From NCBI GenBank assembly GCA_045221475.1, contig JBGUWV010000075.1:23578-87577 (forward strand): a DNA stretch of 64,000 nucleotides, in the 5' to 3' direction. Origin of the DNA: Fibrobacter sp. GTDB lineage: Bacteria; Fibrobacterota; Fibrobacteria; Fibrobacterales; Fibrobacteraceae. The notes under the pieces were generated by a model. It was given only the letters and a program-made list of their open reading frames with translations, ran no database searches and had not been told where the DNA came from. Shown one piece after another: positions 36,957 to 46,704 of the stretch (within the stretch, counting starts at the first letter, position 1; each line of letters starts with the position of its first letter). A program made the translations under genes and the position numbers.

Positions 36957-39413
36957 TTACAAGGTCTTGGTGATGGCCAGTTCGTTCTTATCACCGTTTC
37001 TGCGGTAGCATACGCTATCCATGGTCTTTTTCACAATGAATATTCCAAGTCCGCCAACTTCGCGATCTTCGGCCGGAAGCGTAATATCGGGGTCGGCCTG
37101 CTTGATGGGATCGTATGGTTTACCGTTGTCAATAAAGGTGAGTCTTGCCGAAAGTGTAGCCTTGCGAATTTCCACAATCAGTGTCACTTCGGTTGCTCCC
37201 GAGAACTTCACGATGTTACTATAGATTTCGTCAATAGCGATATTGATCTGCATCTGCGATTTCATGGATCCTTCCATAGGCGCAAGGATTCCTTCGACGA
37301 ATGCGGTCAATATGTCCTGATTTTCGGGGATTACATCCACTATTTTTTCATAACGCTCCCAGGCGTCTTGCATTTGCATTTTCTTTGCTCCATCCATTGG
37401 TGTAAGGATGCCTTCGACAAATGACTTGAGCTCACCGCTCTTGCCATTGTTGGAAACATCGATAGTCTTTTCATAACGCTCCCAGACAGGTTCGTCGATC
37501 CCGTTGAATTTGACGGTGAGCATGGTGATGTCATCGAATTGCGGAATGTTTTGTACAAAGTTGTCGATTTCTTTTTTGACTAGTGCGCAGGTATCGGCTG
37601 GAGAGAGATCTCCGCCTCTCCTTATAATTTCGAGAAGCCTGTTGTCGCCAAATAGCACGTTGTTGTAGTTGGTAGCCTCGGTCACGCCATCGGTGTATAG
37701 GAACATGGTGTCACCCGGTTTAAGGTCGTAGGACTGCGGCTTGTACACGGTGTCTTCCATGGCGGCCATCACGAGGTCTGCCTTACTCGGAATGAACTCT
37801 ACCGAGCCGTCTTTATGACGAATGACCGGCGGATTGTGCCCTGCCGATGCAAAGTCAATGTGACCGGTGCGTAAGTCGATAATACCCATCCACACGGTCA
37901 CGAACATATTCAGTCTGTTACGCTTTGCTAGTGCATAGTTTGTCTTGTTGAATGCATTGACGATAGATTTCAGGTTCTTTGCCATAGTGCGCAAGATGAT
38001 TCGGGCAACCATCATGAACAAAGCGGCTGCAACACCCTTGCCAGATACATCGCCAATCACCACGCACAAGTGATCGTTATCGATCTTAAAGAAGTCGTAG
38101 AAGTCACCACCCACTTCCTTGGCCGGCAACAGGAACGGAGCGAGCTCATGGCGGTCATCGTCAGAATTTTCTTCGCGTTCTTCGCCGGGGAGCATCGAAA
38201 GCTGGATGTTTCGGGCGAGGTCCAGTTCGCGTTCGATACGCTTCATGTCCTTCTGCTTTTCGATGTTGTCCTTGAGTTCGGTGAGCATGTTCGAGAAAGC
38301 CCATGCAAATTCAGCCACCTCGTCGTGGCCTGTAATATGCGGAATTGCAACATCAAAGTTTCCGTGCCCCAGCTTGCGGGCTGCAATCGCCAAGTCCTTG
38401 AGTGGCTTAGCCACACGGAACGAAATCAAAAGGATAATCACAAGGATAATGCCGTAGCCACCGAGAGCCATCATCAGGAACAGCTTGCGCATGGCGCTTT
38501 GGTCTTCCAAGTATTTTTGAATGGGCCACACGACCATGAATGTCCAGTTGGTGGAACGGATTGTGGTGTAGTAAATAGCTGATTCTTCGCCTCCGGCAAC
38601 TGTACCGATGAATAGTCCGCTGCTGTCGCGACCCTTGCGGTCAAATTCAATCTGCTTTTGTCCGCGCTTTTCCCTAACGATAATGTCGCGGTTTCTTTTT
38701 CCTTCGGCAAGGCTTTTCGGGTAGGCGACGGCCACGTTCTTGGTTGTGGTGATCAGGGCGAATCCCGAGTTCGAAACAGGAATCGATCCGACTTCGTCTT
38801 TTAAGAATTCAATCGACATGTCGACGGCGAGTACGCCAATCAGCACATCTTCGCCATTCTTGTCTTTTTTGAAAAGGGGAACGGTATAGACCGCAATCGG
38901 TTCCGGGACGAATTCGCCAATGAAGGGTTCTTGCCAGCGGCTCGTTTTGCCGTCTCTTACGCTGTAGTACCATTCCTTGTCCTGGTAGTTCGCACCAGAT
39001 ACAAGCTTGGTATCAACGTGGTCAAAGCGGGCGAGTCGCATGTATTCGCCTTCTGTGTTTTCGGGGCCCATTCCCGGTTCGTAGGCAACTACCACGGCGA
39101 CCACCTGGGGAATCAGGTTTCGGGCATTAAATAGCGACTGCATTAAGAAGTCGTCCATGTCCGCCTTGGTCATGGGGTGTTCGCTGATTTTAGTGGCTAG
39201 GTCTTCGCCAATGATTTTGCCCGCGTTAAAGAGCTTGTCAATGTAGTTCACGTTGGCGCGGCTAGTTTCCTCGCCGTTTTCGGTGGTCATTTGATTCAGC
39301 ATCTCTTGCGTTTTATAGCTCATGATGCCAAAAATCAGGCCGAATACGATAGTGATTGCGGCCAAAATCATCATGGACTGCTTAAAGGCGAGTCCGCGGA
39401 AATTGAATCCCAT
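36957..39413 (-). CDS. Cache-HAMP-SpoIIE (PP2C) phosphatase fused to an anti-sigma kinase (HATPase_c_2)
   Basis: EVGGDFYD, IGDVSGKG, SAGHNPP, YTDGVTE, DDIT; C-terminal IAIDEIYSNI...DNGKPYDP...GGLGIFIV. Confidence 0.92.
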   Translation of the reverse strand: MGFNFRGLAFKQSMMILAAITIVFGLIFGIMSYKTQEMLNQMTTENGEETSRANVNYIDKLFNAGKIIGEDLATKISEHPMTKADMDDFLMQSLFNARNLIPQVVAVVVAYEPGMGPENTEGEYMRLARFDHVDTKLVSGANYQDKEWYYSVRDGKTSRWQEPFIGEFVPEPIAVYTVPLFKKDKNGEDVLIGVLAVDMSIEFLKDEVGSIPVSNSGFALITTTKNVAVAYPKSLAEGKRNRDIIVREKRGQKQIEFDRKGRDSSGLFIGTVAGGEESAIYYTTIRSTNWTFMVVWPIQKYLEDQSAMRKLFLMMALGGYGIILVIILLISFRVAKPLKDLAIAARKLGHGNFDVAIPHITGHDEVAEFAWAFSNMLTELKDNIEKQKDMKRIERELDLARNIQLSMLPGEEREENSDDDRHELAPFLLPAKEVGGDFYDFFKIDNDHLCVVIGDVSGKGVAAALFMMVARIILRTMAKNLKSIVNAFNKTNYALAKRNRLNMFVTVWMGIIDLRTGHIDFASAGHNPPVIRHKDGSVEFIPSKADLVMAAMEDTVYKPQSYDLKPGDTMFLYTDGVTEATNYNNVLFGDNRLLEIIRRGGDLSPADTCALVKKEIDNFVQNIPQFDDITMLTVKFNGIDEPVWERYEKTIDVSNNGKSGELKSFVEGILTPMDGAKKMQMQDAWERYEKIVDVIPENQDILTAFVEGILAPMEGSMKSQMQINIAIDEIYSNIVKFSGATEVTLIVEIRKATLSARLTFIDNGKPYDPIKQADPDITLPAEDREVGGLGIFIVKKTMDSVCYRRNGDKNELAITKTL

Positions 39414-39456
39414 AAATTCCTCTCTTCTTAATGCCTAAAATATATGTAAAAAGAAT

Positions 39457-39484
39457 AAAGCGTGCAAATCACTTGCACGCTTTA
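39457..39484. terminator. Intrinsic terminator
   Basis: aaagcgtgcaa-atcac-ttgcacgcttt. Confidence 0.7.
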
Positions 39485-39516
39485 CCGTTTAACAATGTCG
39501 TTTGGCGGGGAATGTC

Positions 39517-42500
39517 TTAATCTTTCATCTCGACCCAGGTACGTTTTTCCTCGTCGCAGACAAAGAGTTTTGCCTGGTCATAAGCATAGACGCTGGTTGA
39601 ATCGGTTTTTTTGAAGTCGCCGTCGAACAGGCATTCGGGGCTGCTGACCACGCCGCTGTCGCCGCAGAATGCGTTCTGTTGCTTGCCATTGGAGAGGTTG
39701 TATCTATTGGCGCAGTATTCCTTGATGTTGTACAATGTTCCGAATTCGTATCTCTGGTAGTAGGTGACGCCCTTGTATTCGCACAACTTGTTGCCGCTTC
39801 CACTAGCCACACCGTTTTTGGTCATGTAAGAATAGTTGCCGTCAAAATTGCACCATGCTTCGAAATCTTCGGTATCGACCCATTTGCGTTTGTCGTTGCT
39901 GGCGTAGGTGTCGATTTTCGTGCCATCTCCGTTTGTGGCGTAGCTACGGTAAGTCATGCCGTTATAGCCGCCTTCGGGAATGGTGTAGTTGGTGCGGCAC
40001 TGGATTTCGATGCTCTTTGATTGGAAGTTCCATTTCATTCCCAACTGCATGATTTCTTCGAGGCTGGATTTCCACCAAGTAGACACGCCGGCATTGGTAT
40101 CGCAACGATAATATTCGGCTTCCTTGTAGCTTTCCATAAGGATATCTGCTCCGGAACTGGCGCTTGACGGAATGTTGCATTTCCCCAGGTATTCTTCTGC
40201 GTTTTGCCATTCGTCGTTCTTGGTAGCCTTCACGTAAGTAGTGCCGTATTTGGAATGGCAGTAGGCGTAAATCTGCTTTTCTTCGGGAATGTTTTCGTCT
40301 TCGTATATCTTGGTCGGCGTCTTTGCGTTCTTATCGCAATAATCGTAATCGCTCGGTTGGCGCCAGTCGTTGATTTTGCCGGTGCGGCTGAATGTTGAGT
40401 CGCAAATGTATTCACCGTCTTTCGAGAATGCCTTTTTCTGAACAAGTTCGGCATTGCAAATCTGGTTCAGCTGGATTTCGCTCTCGGACGCATTTGTCCA
40501 TGCGCAGTTGACATACTGGGAGTCCGCAATATCGCAGTCGCACTTGTATTGCTTGGAGCAAGTCGTGGTGGCAAGCTTCATTTTGCAGACGTCGACATCC
40601 TTGAATTCGGCTTCCTTCATGACCGCGGCGTCGCATGTGCCGAGCATGAATTCAATCATTTCCTCTTCGCTCATTTGAGAAGCTGAGGAGGGAGTGTAAG
40701 ACGACGAAGAAGAGGGAATGTTGGCTATGTACCAGCCCGGCGTAGATCCTTCCTTGCAATACACGGTGATTTCTTCGTCTCCGTACTTGATGGAGATTTC
40801 TTGGCCCGCGTCGCTTTCTTTTGTACACTTGGCGGTAGGATCAAGGAGAATCGCAATTCTCATTGCATAGTACTCTCCGTAGTCCCTAATCATTTTTGCC
40901 GAAATCGGAGCCCAGATTTTATTGTCCTTGTCGTATTCAAAGAACTTGAAGAGACCTCCTTCGGTATCGATCATGACAAGTTGATCCTTGGTGCTTTCAG
41001 GGAGTTTGTAGGCGTCCTTGAAACCTTTCTGCAGAATTTTGTACAGAATTTCGTCACGTGTTCTATAACCGTTGTATTCGTAATAGCATTCCGAAAAGTC
41101 GCCATCGCATTCGTCCATCATGTCGAAGTTTTCGTTCATGAGCAAGGCCAAGTAATCGATAAAGAACAGGCTCTGTTCCTTGCCATTGAAGGCTTCCTTG
41201 ATGGCCGTATTGAAGTCGCCGTTCTTCGCGAAAACGTTGCGGTAGTCGGCGTAGACCTTGTTGATGTTGTCAGCCTGGTCAAACAAGGCCATCACCCAGA
41301 TGACGCTGTTTACATGTTCGTTCAGTTCGATGCTGTCCGGCAGGTAGTTTTCGAATGCCGGATAGTTTTCGGCGTCTTCGCTCAGGGCAAGTGCTGCGGC
41401 CAGTTCGGCGTTTGCAGTCTTGCTTGCCTTGCTCAGCTTGTTGCCTGCCTTCACGAGTTCCTTGATGCGGGCAGCCTTGTAGTCGGTCAAGAAGTCAATC
41501 ACGATGTCGCCTTCGTCATCGAGGTCAACGATAGCGTTGTAGACGATATCGGAGGCTGCTTTGTCAGAAGAAACATTCAGTTTCACGCGGAGCTGCACAA
41601 CGGAATTTTCCAAGTTCGTCACATCGAAATCGCCTTCGAGGCGCACGACGCTGTAATCTACTTTTTTGATGATGATGCTTTCTTTAGTCTTGTCAGCAGG
41701 TTCAAGCGCTTCGACCGTTGCAAAAGATTTCGGGTTCGATGCAACCAAGTCAGAAACGAACTGCTTTCCGGTCTGTTCCAGGTTTGCATCCAAGTCCATA
41801 ATCGTGAGCTCGGAGTAGTTGCCGCTAGTCAGGTGAGACCAGATTTCTTCATAGGTCTCGTAGGAGCTCTTTTGTTTCTCCGTCTGCACCGGGAAACGTA
41901 CCACCACATGCTTCTTGTAAACATTGGTGAGGTTTGTGTTTACGACCGTGAAGGGGATTTCCATTGTGGTTTCGGCTTTGCCGCAACGGATGGTCACGGT
42001 GAAGATTGCCTTTTTGTTGTCGCGAACGGTATCAACGATGGCGCAAGTCTTGTTTTCAAGTTCTGCGTTCCAGTTGTCGTAGGCATCGCTGAACTTGTCA
42101 TTGATTTCTTCGTCGAGCTTGCTCGAAGCGCTACTCAGGCTCTTGAGAGCTTCTTCGACATCTTTTTTGTTGCTTGCAGAGGCGGAGCTTAAACTATTGA
42201 GAGCCTCTTCGATATCTTTCTGGACTTTTTCAATTTCTGCGAGGTTCTTTTTTTGAACGTCGTTCAAAGACTCTTGAACGGATTTTTTGATGGCGGCAGT
42301 GTCGACACTTAAGCCGTTTGTACCATTAGTTCCATTAGTACCGTTTGTTCCGTTGGCACCATCGACACCGTTTTTACCGTTGGTGCCATCCTTGCCGTTT
42401 TTGCCGTTAGTACCGTCTTTTCCGTTCTTGATTGTACCGATGGTGTCGCCATCGCAAATAATTGCAAATCCGGACTTGTCCTTCAGTTCCTTAGACGTGC

Positions 42501-42747
42501 AACGGTATTGGATTGCTTCTTGGTCGTTCAGGGCCACCCATTCGCCTTCGGAACAGATATACATTGTTCCCTTGGATTTCACAAATGCGGTGTTGCCTTC
42601 GGCTGATTCGTTACAGTCGTCCGGGTCAATGGCGTCTACAATGGATACGTTCTTTTCGCTGTCCGAAACGACGTCGTCACCGCAGCCGGTAATACCAAAT
42701 ACAATAGCCCCGCAAGCGATTGCGGAGATCAATAATTTTGATTTCAT
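39517..42747 (-). CDS. Large surface lipoprotein with a collagen-like segment, coiled coil and Cys-rich C-terminus
   Basis: Lipobox ITGC; 12 G-X-Y triplets; repeated EEALxSLSSAS; many Cys/Trp residues. Confidence 0.8.
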   Translation of the reverse strand: MKSKLLISAIACGAIVFGITGCGDDVVSDSEKNVSIVDAIDPDDCNESAEGNTAFVKSKGTMYICSEGEWVALNDQEAIQYRCTSKELKDKSGFAIICDGDTIGTIKNGKDGTNGKNGKDGTNGKNGVDGANGTNGTNGTNGTNGLSVDTAAIKKSVQESLNDVQKKNLAEIEKVQKDIEEALNSLSSASASNKKDVEEALKSLSSASSKLDEEINDKFSDAYDNWNAELENKTCAIVDTVRDNKKAIFTVTIRCGKAETTMEIPFTVVNTNLTNVYKKHVVVRFPVQTEKQKSSYETYEEIWSHLTSGNYSELTIMDLDANLEQTGKQFVSDLVASNPKSFATVEALEPADKTKESIIIKKVDYSVVRLEGDFDVTNLENSVVQLRVKLNVSSDKAASDIVYNAIVDLDDEGDIVIDFLTDYKAARIKELVKAGNKLSKASKTANAELAAALALSEDAENYPAFENYLPDSIELNEHVNSVIWVMALFDQADNINKVYADYRNVFAKNGDFNTAIKEAFNGKEQSLFFIDYLALLMNENFDMMDECDGDFSECYYEYNGYRTRDEILYKILQKGFKDAYKLPESTKDQLVMIDTEGGLFKFFEYDKDNKIWAPISAKMIRDYGEYYAMRIAILLDPTAKCTKESDAGQEISIKYGDEEITVYCKEGSTPGWYIANIPSSSSSYTPSSASQMSEEEMIEFMLGTCDAAVMKEAEFKDVDVCKMKLATTTCSKQYKCDCDIADSQYVNCAWTNASESEIQLNQICNAELVQKKAFSKDGEYICDSTFSRTGKINDWRQPSDYDYCDKNAKTPTKIYEDENIPEEKQIYAYCHSKYGTTYVKATKNDEWQNAEEYLGKCNIPSSASSGADILMESYKEAEYYRCDTNAGVSTWWKSSLEEIMQLGMKWNFQSKSIEIQCRTNYTIPEGGYNGMTYRSYATNGDGTKIDTYASNDKRKWVDTEDFEAWCNFDGNYSYMTKNGVASGSGNKLCEYKGVTYYQRYEFGTLYNIKEYCANRYNLSNGKQQNAFCGDSGVVSSPECLFDGDFKKTDSTSVYAYDQAKLFVCDEEKRTWVEMKD

Positions 42748-43052
42748 GGAGAACTCCTTTTAATTCGGCGCCAAATATAGAATCGGGTGTAACCAAATGG
42801 TTACATTTGTCCGAAATTTCCTCTTACTTTTTTCTTAAGGGGAAAATGGCGTTTTTGCCCATTTTCTGCCTATTTTCATATTTTGAAATCCGGAATGCGC
42901 AAGTCGACTTATTATATTTATGTTCCCTAGACTTTACGCTGTGGAAATGCGGTACTTTCCGTAAAAGAAGCACGTGGGTTCGGAAGCGCTCCATACTTTT
43001 GGAATGCTTCTTAGGGACGTCCAACAAGTTTTGCTTACTTTTAGGAGCTTTA

Positions 43053-44588
43053 ATGGCAAATAAGTGCAAGCGCGGAATCTTGATTAGTAAGACCCCTTAC
43101 GAAAAACGTATCGCCATCATGGAAGACGGCGAACTCGTTGAACTTGTCGTAGAGGGCGTGTCTTCTAACCGAGTTCTGGGCAATATTTATAAGGGCGTGG
43201 TCCAGAAGGTGCTTCCGGCACTCAAGGCTGCGTTCATTGATATTGGCCTCGAAAAGGCAGGCTTTTTGCATCAAGAAGACGCCATGGACAGAAACGAACT
43301 TCTCCGTCGCGAATATGGTGATGACGATGACGAAGGTGGTTCTTCCAAGGAAGTCTCCATTGACGAAATTCTGCAAGAAGGTCAAGAAATTATGGTTCAG
43401 GTGGTCAAGGAACCGATTAGCACCAAGGGTGCTCGTCTGACCACTCACCTGAGCTTTGCAGGCCGTTTCCTGGTGTGCATGCCGGGTACCAACTTCATTG
43501 GTGTCTCCAAGCGTGAACGCGACCCGGCCAAGCGCCGCGAATTCAAGAAGGTGGTCCGCCGCCTCAAGGGTCGCGACGTGGGCTATATCGTCCGCACCAA
43601 CGGCTTGAACGAATCCGAATTCGAAATCAACAAGCAGATGCGCGAACTTGAAAGCAAGTGGGAACAGACGAAGTACAACTTCGAAAACCAGCCTGCCGAA
43701 ACCTGCATCTACGAAGAATCCGATTCCATTGAACAGACGGTGCGCGAATACTTCAGCGATAACACCGACTACGTGTATATCGACAACCGCGATGAATACT
43801 TCGCCCTGCGTGAATACCTCAAGGTGCTCTCGCCGGACAAGCTCGACAAGGTGAAGCTCTGGAGTTCCAACGAAAGCCTGTTCGAATATTTCAAGATCGA
43901 AAACGACTATGCGCGTTCCCTGCAGCGTCAGGTACCGCTCCCGCGTGGTGGTAACCTCGTGATCGAACAGACTGAAGCTTTGGTGTCTATCGACGTGAAC
44001 ACGGGTCCCAAGGTGCACGGCAAAGACCAGGCAAAGATTATTCTCGAAACGAATATCGACGCCTGCTACGAAATTGCCAAGCAGCTGCGCCTGCGTGACG
44101 TGGGTGGCCTGATTATCATCGACTTTATCGATATGGAATCTGAGGCCGACAACGAAACCGTCTATAACGAATTCCGTAAGGCAATTCGCCGCGACAAGGC
44201 CCCGATTAGCCCCGCTCCCATCAGCCAGTTTGGCCTCATGGAAGTCACCCGTAAGCGCGTCCGCGTGAACCTGATGACCGAAAAGACCGAACGCTGCCCG
44301 GTGTGCGACGGCGATGGCCGCATTGCAACGCTCGAATCCACGCTCGGCATGATCGACCGCTGGATGGCTCGCGCCAAGGCCAAGGGTAAGCTCCGCGAAG
44401 TCACTCTCGTGGTAAGTGCCCAGGTAATCGACGTGCTCTGCAAGGACCACAACCGCATGTTCAACTACTTGGAATACAAGCATGGCATGAGCATTAGCCT
44501 GGTGGAAGACGAACACGCTCACATCAACCAGTTCTGGTTCTACGACAAGAACAACGAAGACATTACCGACCTCTACAAGTTCGTGTAA
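43053..44588 (+). CDS. Ribonuclease E/G family protein (RNase G-sized)
   Basis: GNIYKG, AAFIDIG, QVVKEPISTKGARLT, IDVNTG, GGLIIIDFIDM, FGLMEVTRKR, CPVC; AGGAG RBS. Confidence 0.95.
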   Translation: MANKCKRGILISKTPYEKRIAIMEDGELVELVVEGVSSNRVLGNIYKGVVQKVLPALKAAFIDIGLEKAGFLHQEDAMDRNELLRREYGDDDDEGGSSKEVSIDEILQEGQEIMVQVVKEPISTKGARLTTHLSFAGRFLVCMPGTNFIGVSKRERDPAKRREFKKVVRRLKGRDVGYIVRTNGLNESEFEINKQMRELESKWEQTKYNFENQPAETCIYEESDSIEQTVREYFSDNTDYVYIDNRDEYFALREYLKVLSPDKLDKVKLWSSNESLFEYFKIENDYARSLQRQVPLPRGGNLVIEQTEALVSIDVNTGPKVHGKDQAKIILETNIDACYEIAKQLRLRDVGGLIIIDFIDMESEADNETVYNEFRKAIRRDKAPISPAPISQFGLMEVTRKRVRVNLMTEKTERCPVCDGDGRIATLESTLGMIDRWMARAKAKGKLREVTLVVSAQVIDVLCKDHNRMFNYLEYKHGMSISLVEDEHAHINQFWFYDKNNEDITDLYKFV

Positions 44589-44622
44589 TGTCAAATGTTC
44601 TGCGTTCGCCGCGAAAGCAATT

Positions 44623-44657
44623 AAGGAATGCCGCTCTACTGAGCGGCATTCCTTTTT
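44623..44657. terminator. Intrinsic terminator
   Basis: aaggaatgccgctc-tact-gagcggcattccttttt. Confidence 0.85.
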
Positions 44658-44700
44658 AATAAAAAATAGTGAAGTATTTATGAGTTGCTTTCAACTAGAT

Positions 44701-45408
44701 TTAATTCTTTAAGCAGCGAATGGACATCTTTGGCTGATTTACTCCAAAGGTAATACCTTTCCAACTTAAACCGACAGCATAAGAGGAATTCATATTTATT
44801 GCCGTGGAAGTCCAAAAAACAGAACTGACATATTCTTCTGAAGCATTTCCATTTAAAAGCCAATATCCAGCGGGCAAGGCATTATATCCACAAATATCAG
44901 TACCTTGCTCGTATCGTTCTCCAAAAACATCGGAACTTTTTAACCTAGACATAGCTTCTGCCCCTCCTCCCATATTATTTGCCAACAGAGTCCATTCATC
45001 TGCGGAAGGCACGTGCCAACCCGCAGGACAGATTGTATCTAGCAGTTCTTGATCAAATAAATCAAAAAGTTCACCATTTACATGCAATGAATAAAACCTT
45101 CCAAATGTGTCGCAAAACCCATCAATCTTGCCGTAGCACAGGCTATAGGGAGCATCGAACTTCAGGTTCTCTGCCATCCAAACTTGATTCCCGATGGTCG
45201 TGTACTTGTACACCTGGCCATCGCGGGCATCGGTAAAGGTACCACGGTTCGGTTCTCCGTAAGCGTTCATACCATCTGCCGGGCAAACCACAGCCGCATC
45301 GAAGGTGTCAACGGGCTCCTCGGGCGCGGATGAACCGTCGTCGCAGGCAGAAAACAGTGCGGCTGAAAAAAGTGCGCAAGTGAGCGAGATGTTAATTTGC
45401 CTTTTCAT
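44701..45408 (-). CDS. FISUMP (Fibrobacter succinogenes major paralogous) domain lipoprotein
   Basis: Lipobox FSAC; FTDARDGQVYKYTTIGNQVWMAENL, CPAGWHVPS..EW, SIRCLKN. Confidence 0.93.
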   Translation of the reverse strand: MKRQINISLTCALFSAALFSACDDGSSAPEEPVDTFDAAVVCPADGMNAYGEPNRGTFTDARDGQVYKYTTIGNQVWMAENLKFDAPYSLCYGKIDGFCDTFGRFYSLHVNGELFDLFDQELLDTICPAGWHVPSADEWTLLANNMGGGAEAMSRLKSSDVFGERYEQGTDICGYNALPAGYWLLNGNASEEYVSSVFWTSTAINMNSSYAVGLSWKGITFGVNQPKMSIRCLKN

Positions 45409-45433
45409 AGGGGAATTAACGGATGAATGAGGA

Positions 45434-46426
45434 CTATTTCGAAGAATTCAACGCATCAAGCATTGCTTTTGCTTCAGCAATCTTTTCTGGAGAAACACCT
45501 AGATCTTTGAACACGTTGATTGCATCGGCGTGTCCTTCGTTTTTTCCTTCAGATCGACCTTCGGCATGACCTTCAGCACGTGCGCGGACCCTCAGCGAGG
45601 CCAGATAATCGAGTTCTTCTTCTGTCATCACCATGTTCTTTGCCTGTTCCTTGAGAAGCGTTTCCGAGGCGGTTTTCACAAGAAGGCGCCTTATTGCTTG
45701 CGCAATGACATCGTCATCGAAATCGGGAAGGTCATTGGAAGAACCTGCGTTCTTGAGCAGATAAAGCCAGCGATCTTCATCGGTTCGGATTTCGTCGAGC
45801 GTCTTGTTGAACCGTGTTAAATCATATAAAATATACTTCACTTTTTCGGTGATTGTCAAGCCCTTCTCGTTGCGGATGGCCCAGGTGCCTCGATATTCGT
45901 CCTGTTTTTCTAGCGGAAAATCGCAGACCCAAATAGCGAACGTAGGCGGTATTTCATAACGGGATGCTTCGCGCCGAGAACGTTCTTCATCGGTGAGTTC
46001 TTTTGTTGGTTTCTTGAGGAATTCCTGGTCCCATTCGTACTTGCTTTGGAGCATAAACGCACTATGCTGCAATAGAATACGCTCGATAAAACGACTGTGT
46101 TTGGCCTTCTGCATTTCTACATTAATGCAAAATCCGTTCGAAGTCGTTGCACGGATATCGAGTTTGCATGTCTTGACTTGCGGAAAAATGATGTTTATTT
46201 CCGTATTCTTGATGGTGACGGAAGTGATGCGATTTTCGCCTTCGAATTGGAAGACTCCGTTCAAGAAACTGACCAAGGCCTGTTCATCGTTCAGGAACGC
46301 TTTGAACGCGGCATCGTAAAGCGGGTCAAGATAGGTACGCTTCTTGATTTCTTCGTAGGTTTTCTGTTCCCAAAATTCACGGGAGGTGGTAATCGCAAAT
46401 TCCGGTACACTATTTTCTAGCGTCAT
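45434..46426 (-). CDS. Rpn-family PD-(D/E)XK nuclease (PDDEXK_2)
   Basis: DPLYDAAFK, LDIRA...INVEMQ, DRWLYLLKN, C-terminal (A/S/N)EGx repeats. Confidence 0.9.
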   Translation of the reverse strand: MTLENSVPEFAITTSREFWEQKTYEEIKKRTYLDPLYDAAFKAFLNDEQALVSFLNGVFQFEGENRITSVTIKNTEINIIFPQVKTCKLDIRATTSNGFCINVEMQKAKHSRFIERILLQHSAFMLQSKYEWDQEFLKKPTKELTDEERSRREASRYEIPPTFAIWVCDFPLEKQDEYRGTWAIRNEKGLTITEKVKYILYDLTRFNKTLDEIRTDEDRWLYLLKNAGSSNDLPDFDDDVIAQAIRRLLVKTASETLLKEQAKNMVMTEEELDYLASLRVRARAEGHAEGRSEGKNEGHADAINVFKDLGVSPEKIAEAKAMLDALNSSK

Positions 46427-46447
46427 ATGTAGTCCTTTTGCCTTTTA

Positions 46448-46570
46448 GGGCTCGCTTTCTCGATAGAGAAAAACGGTTTAAGACCGAGTTTTGGAAAAAA
46501 CTCAGCCCAGTTGCAGCACGCTCCCTGTGCCATTATTTCTTAGGGGGGGGGGAGGCCGAAACGTCGGCCT
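46448..46570 (-). ncRNA. Candidate structured RNA leader upstream of the Rpn gene
   Basis: Closing stem gggct/agccc encloses three hairpins; further hairpins and a G10 tract follow. Confidence 0.4.
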
Positions 46571-46704
46571 ATCTAAAATTCGATCTAAAAATATCAGGTT
46601 GAAGAACTCATGTGGTTCAAAAACTGATTGTGCTTAATTTAATAAAAAGATTGTAGAAAAACAAGCGGATTAGCCTCGCAATAATTATTATTTTGAATAC
46701 GATT

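Noticed and set aside
42720-43052. 111-aa N-terminal extension of the RNase E/G ORF
   Set aside because: It overlaps the divergent gene and has an intergenic character; the AGGAG RBS supports the start at 43053.
46448-46508. Cloverleaf read as a tRNA
   Set aside because: Too short, with no TTC/T-loop or D-loop consensus and no 7-nt anticodon loop.
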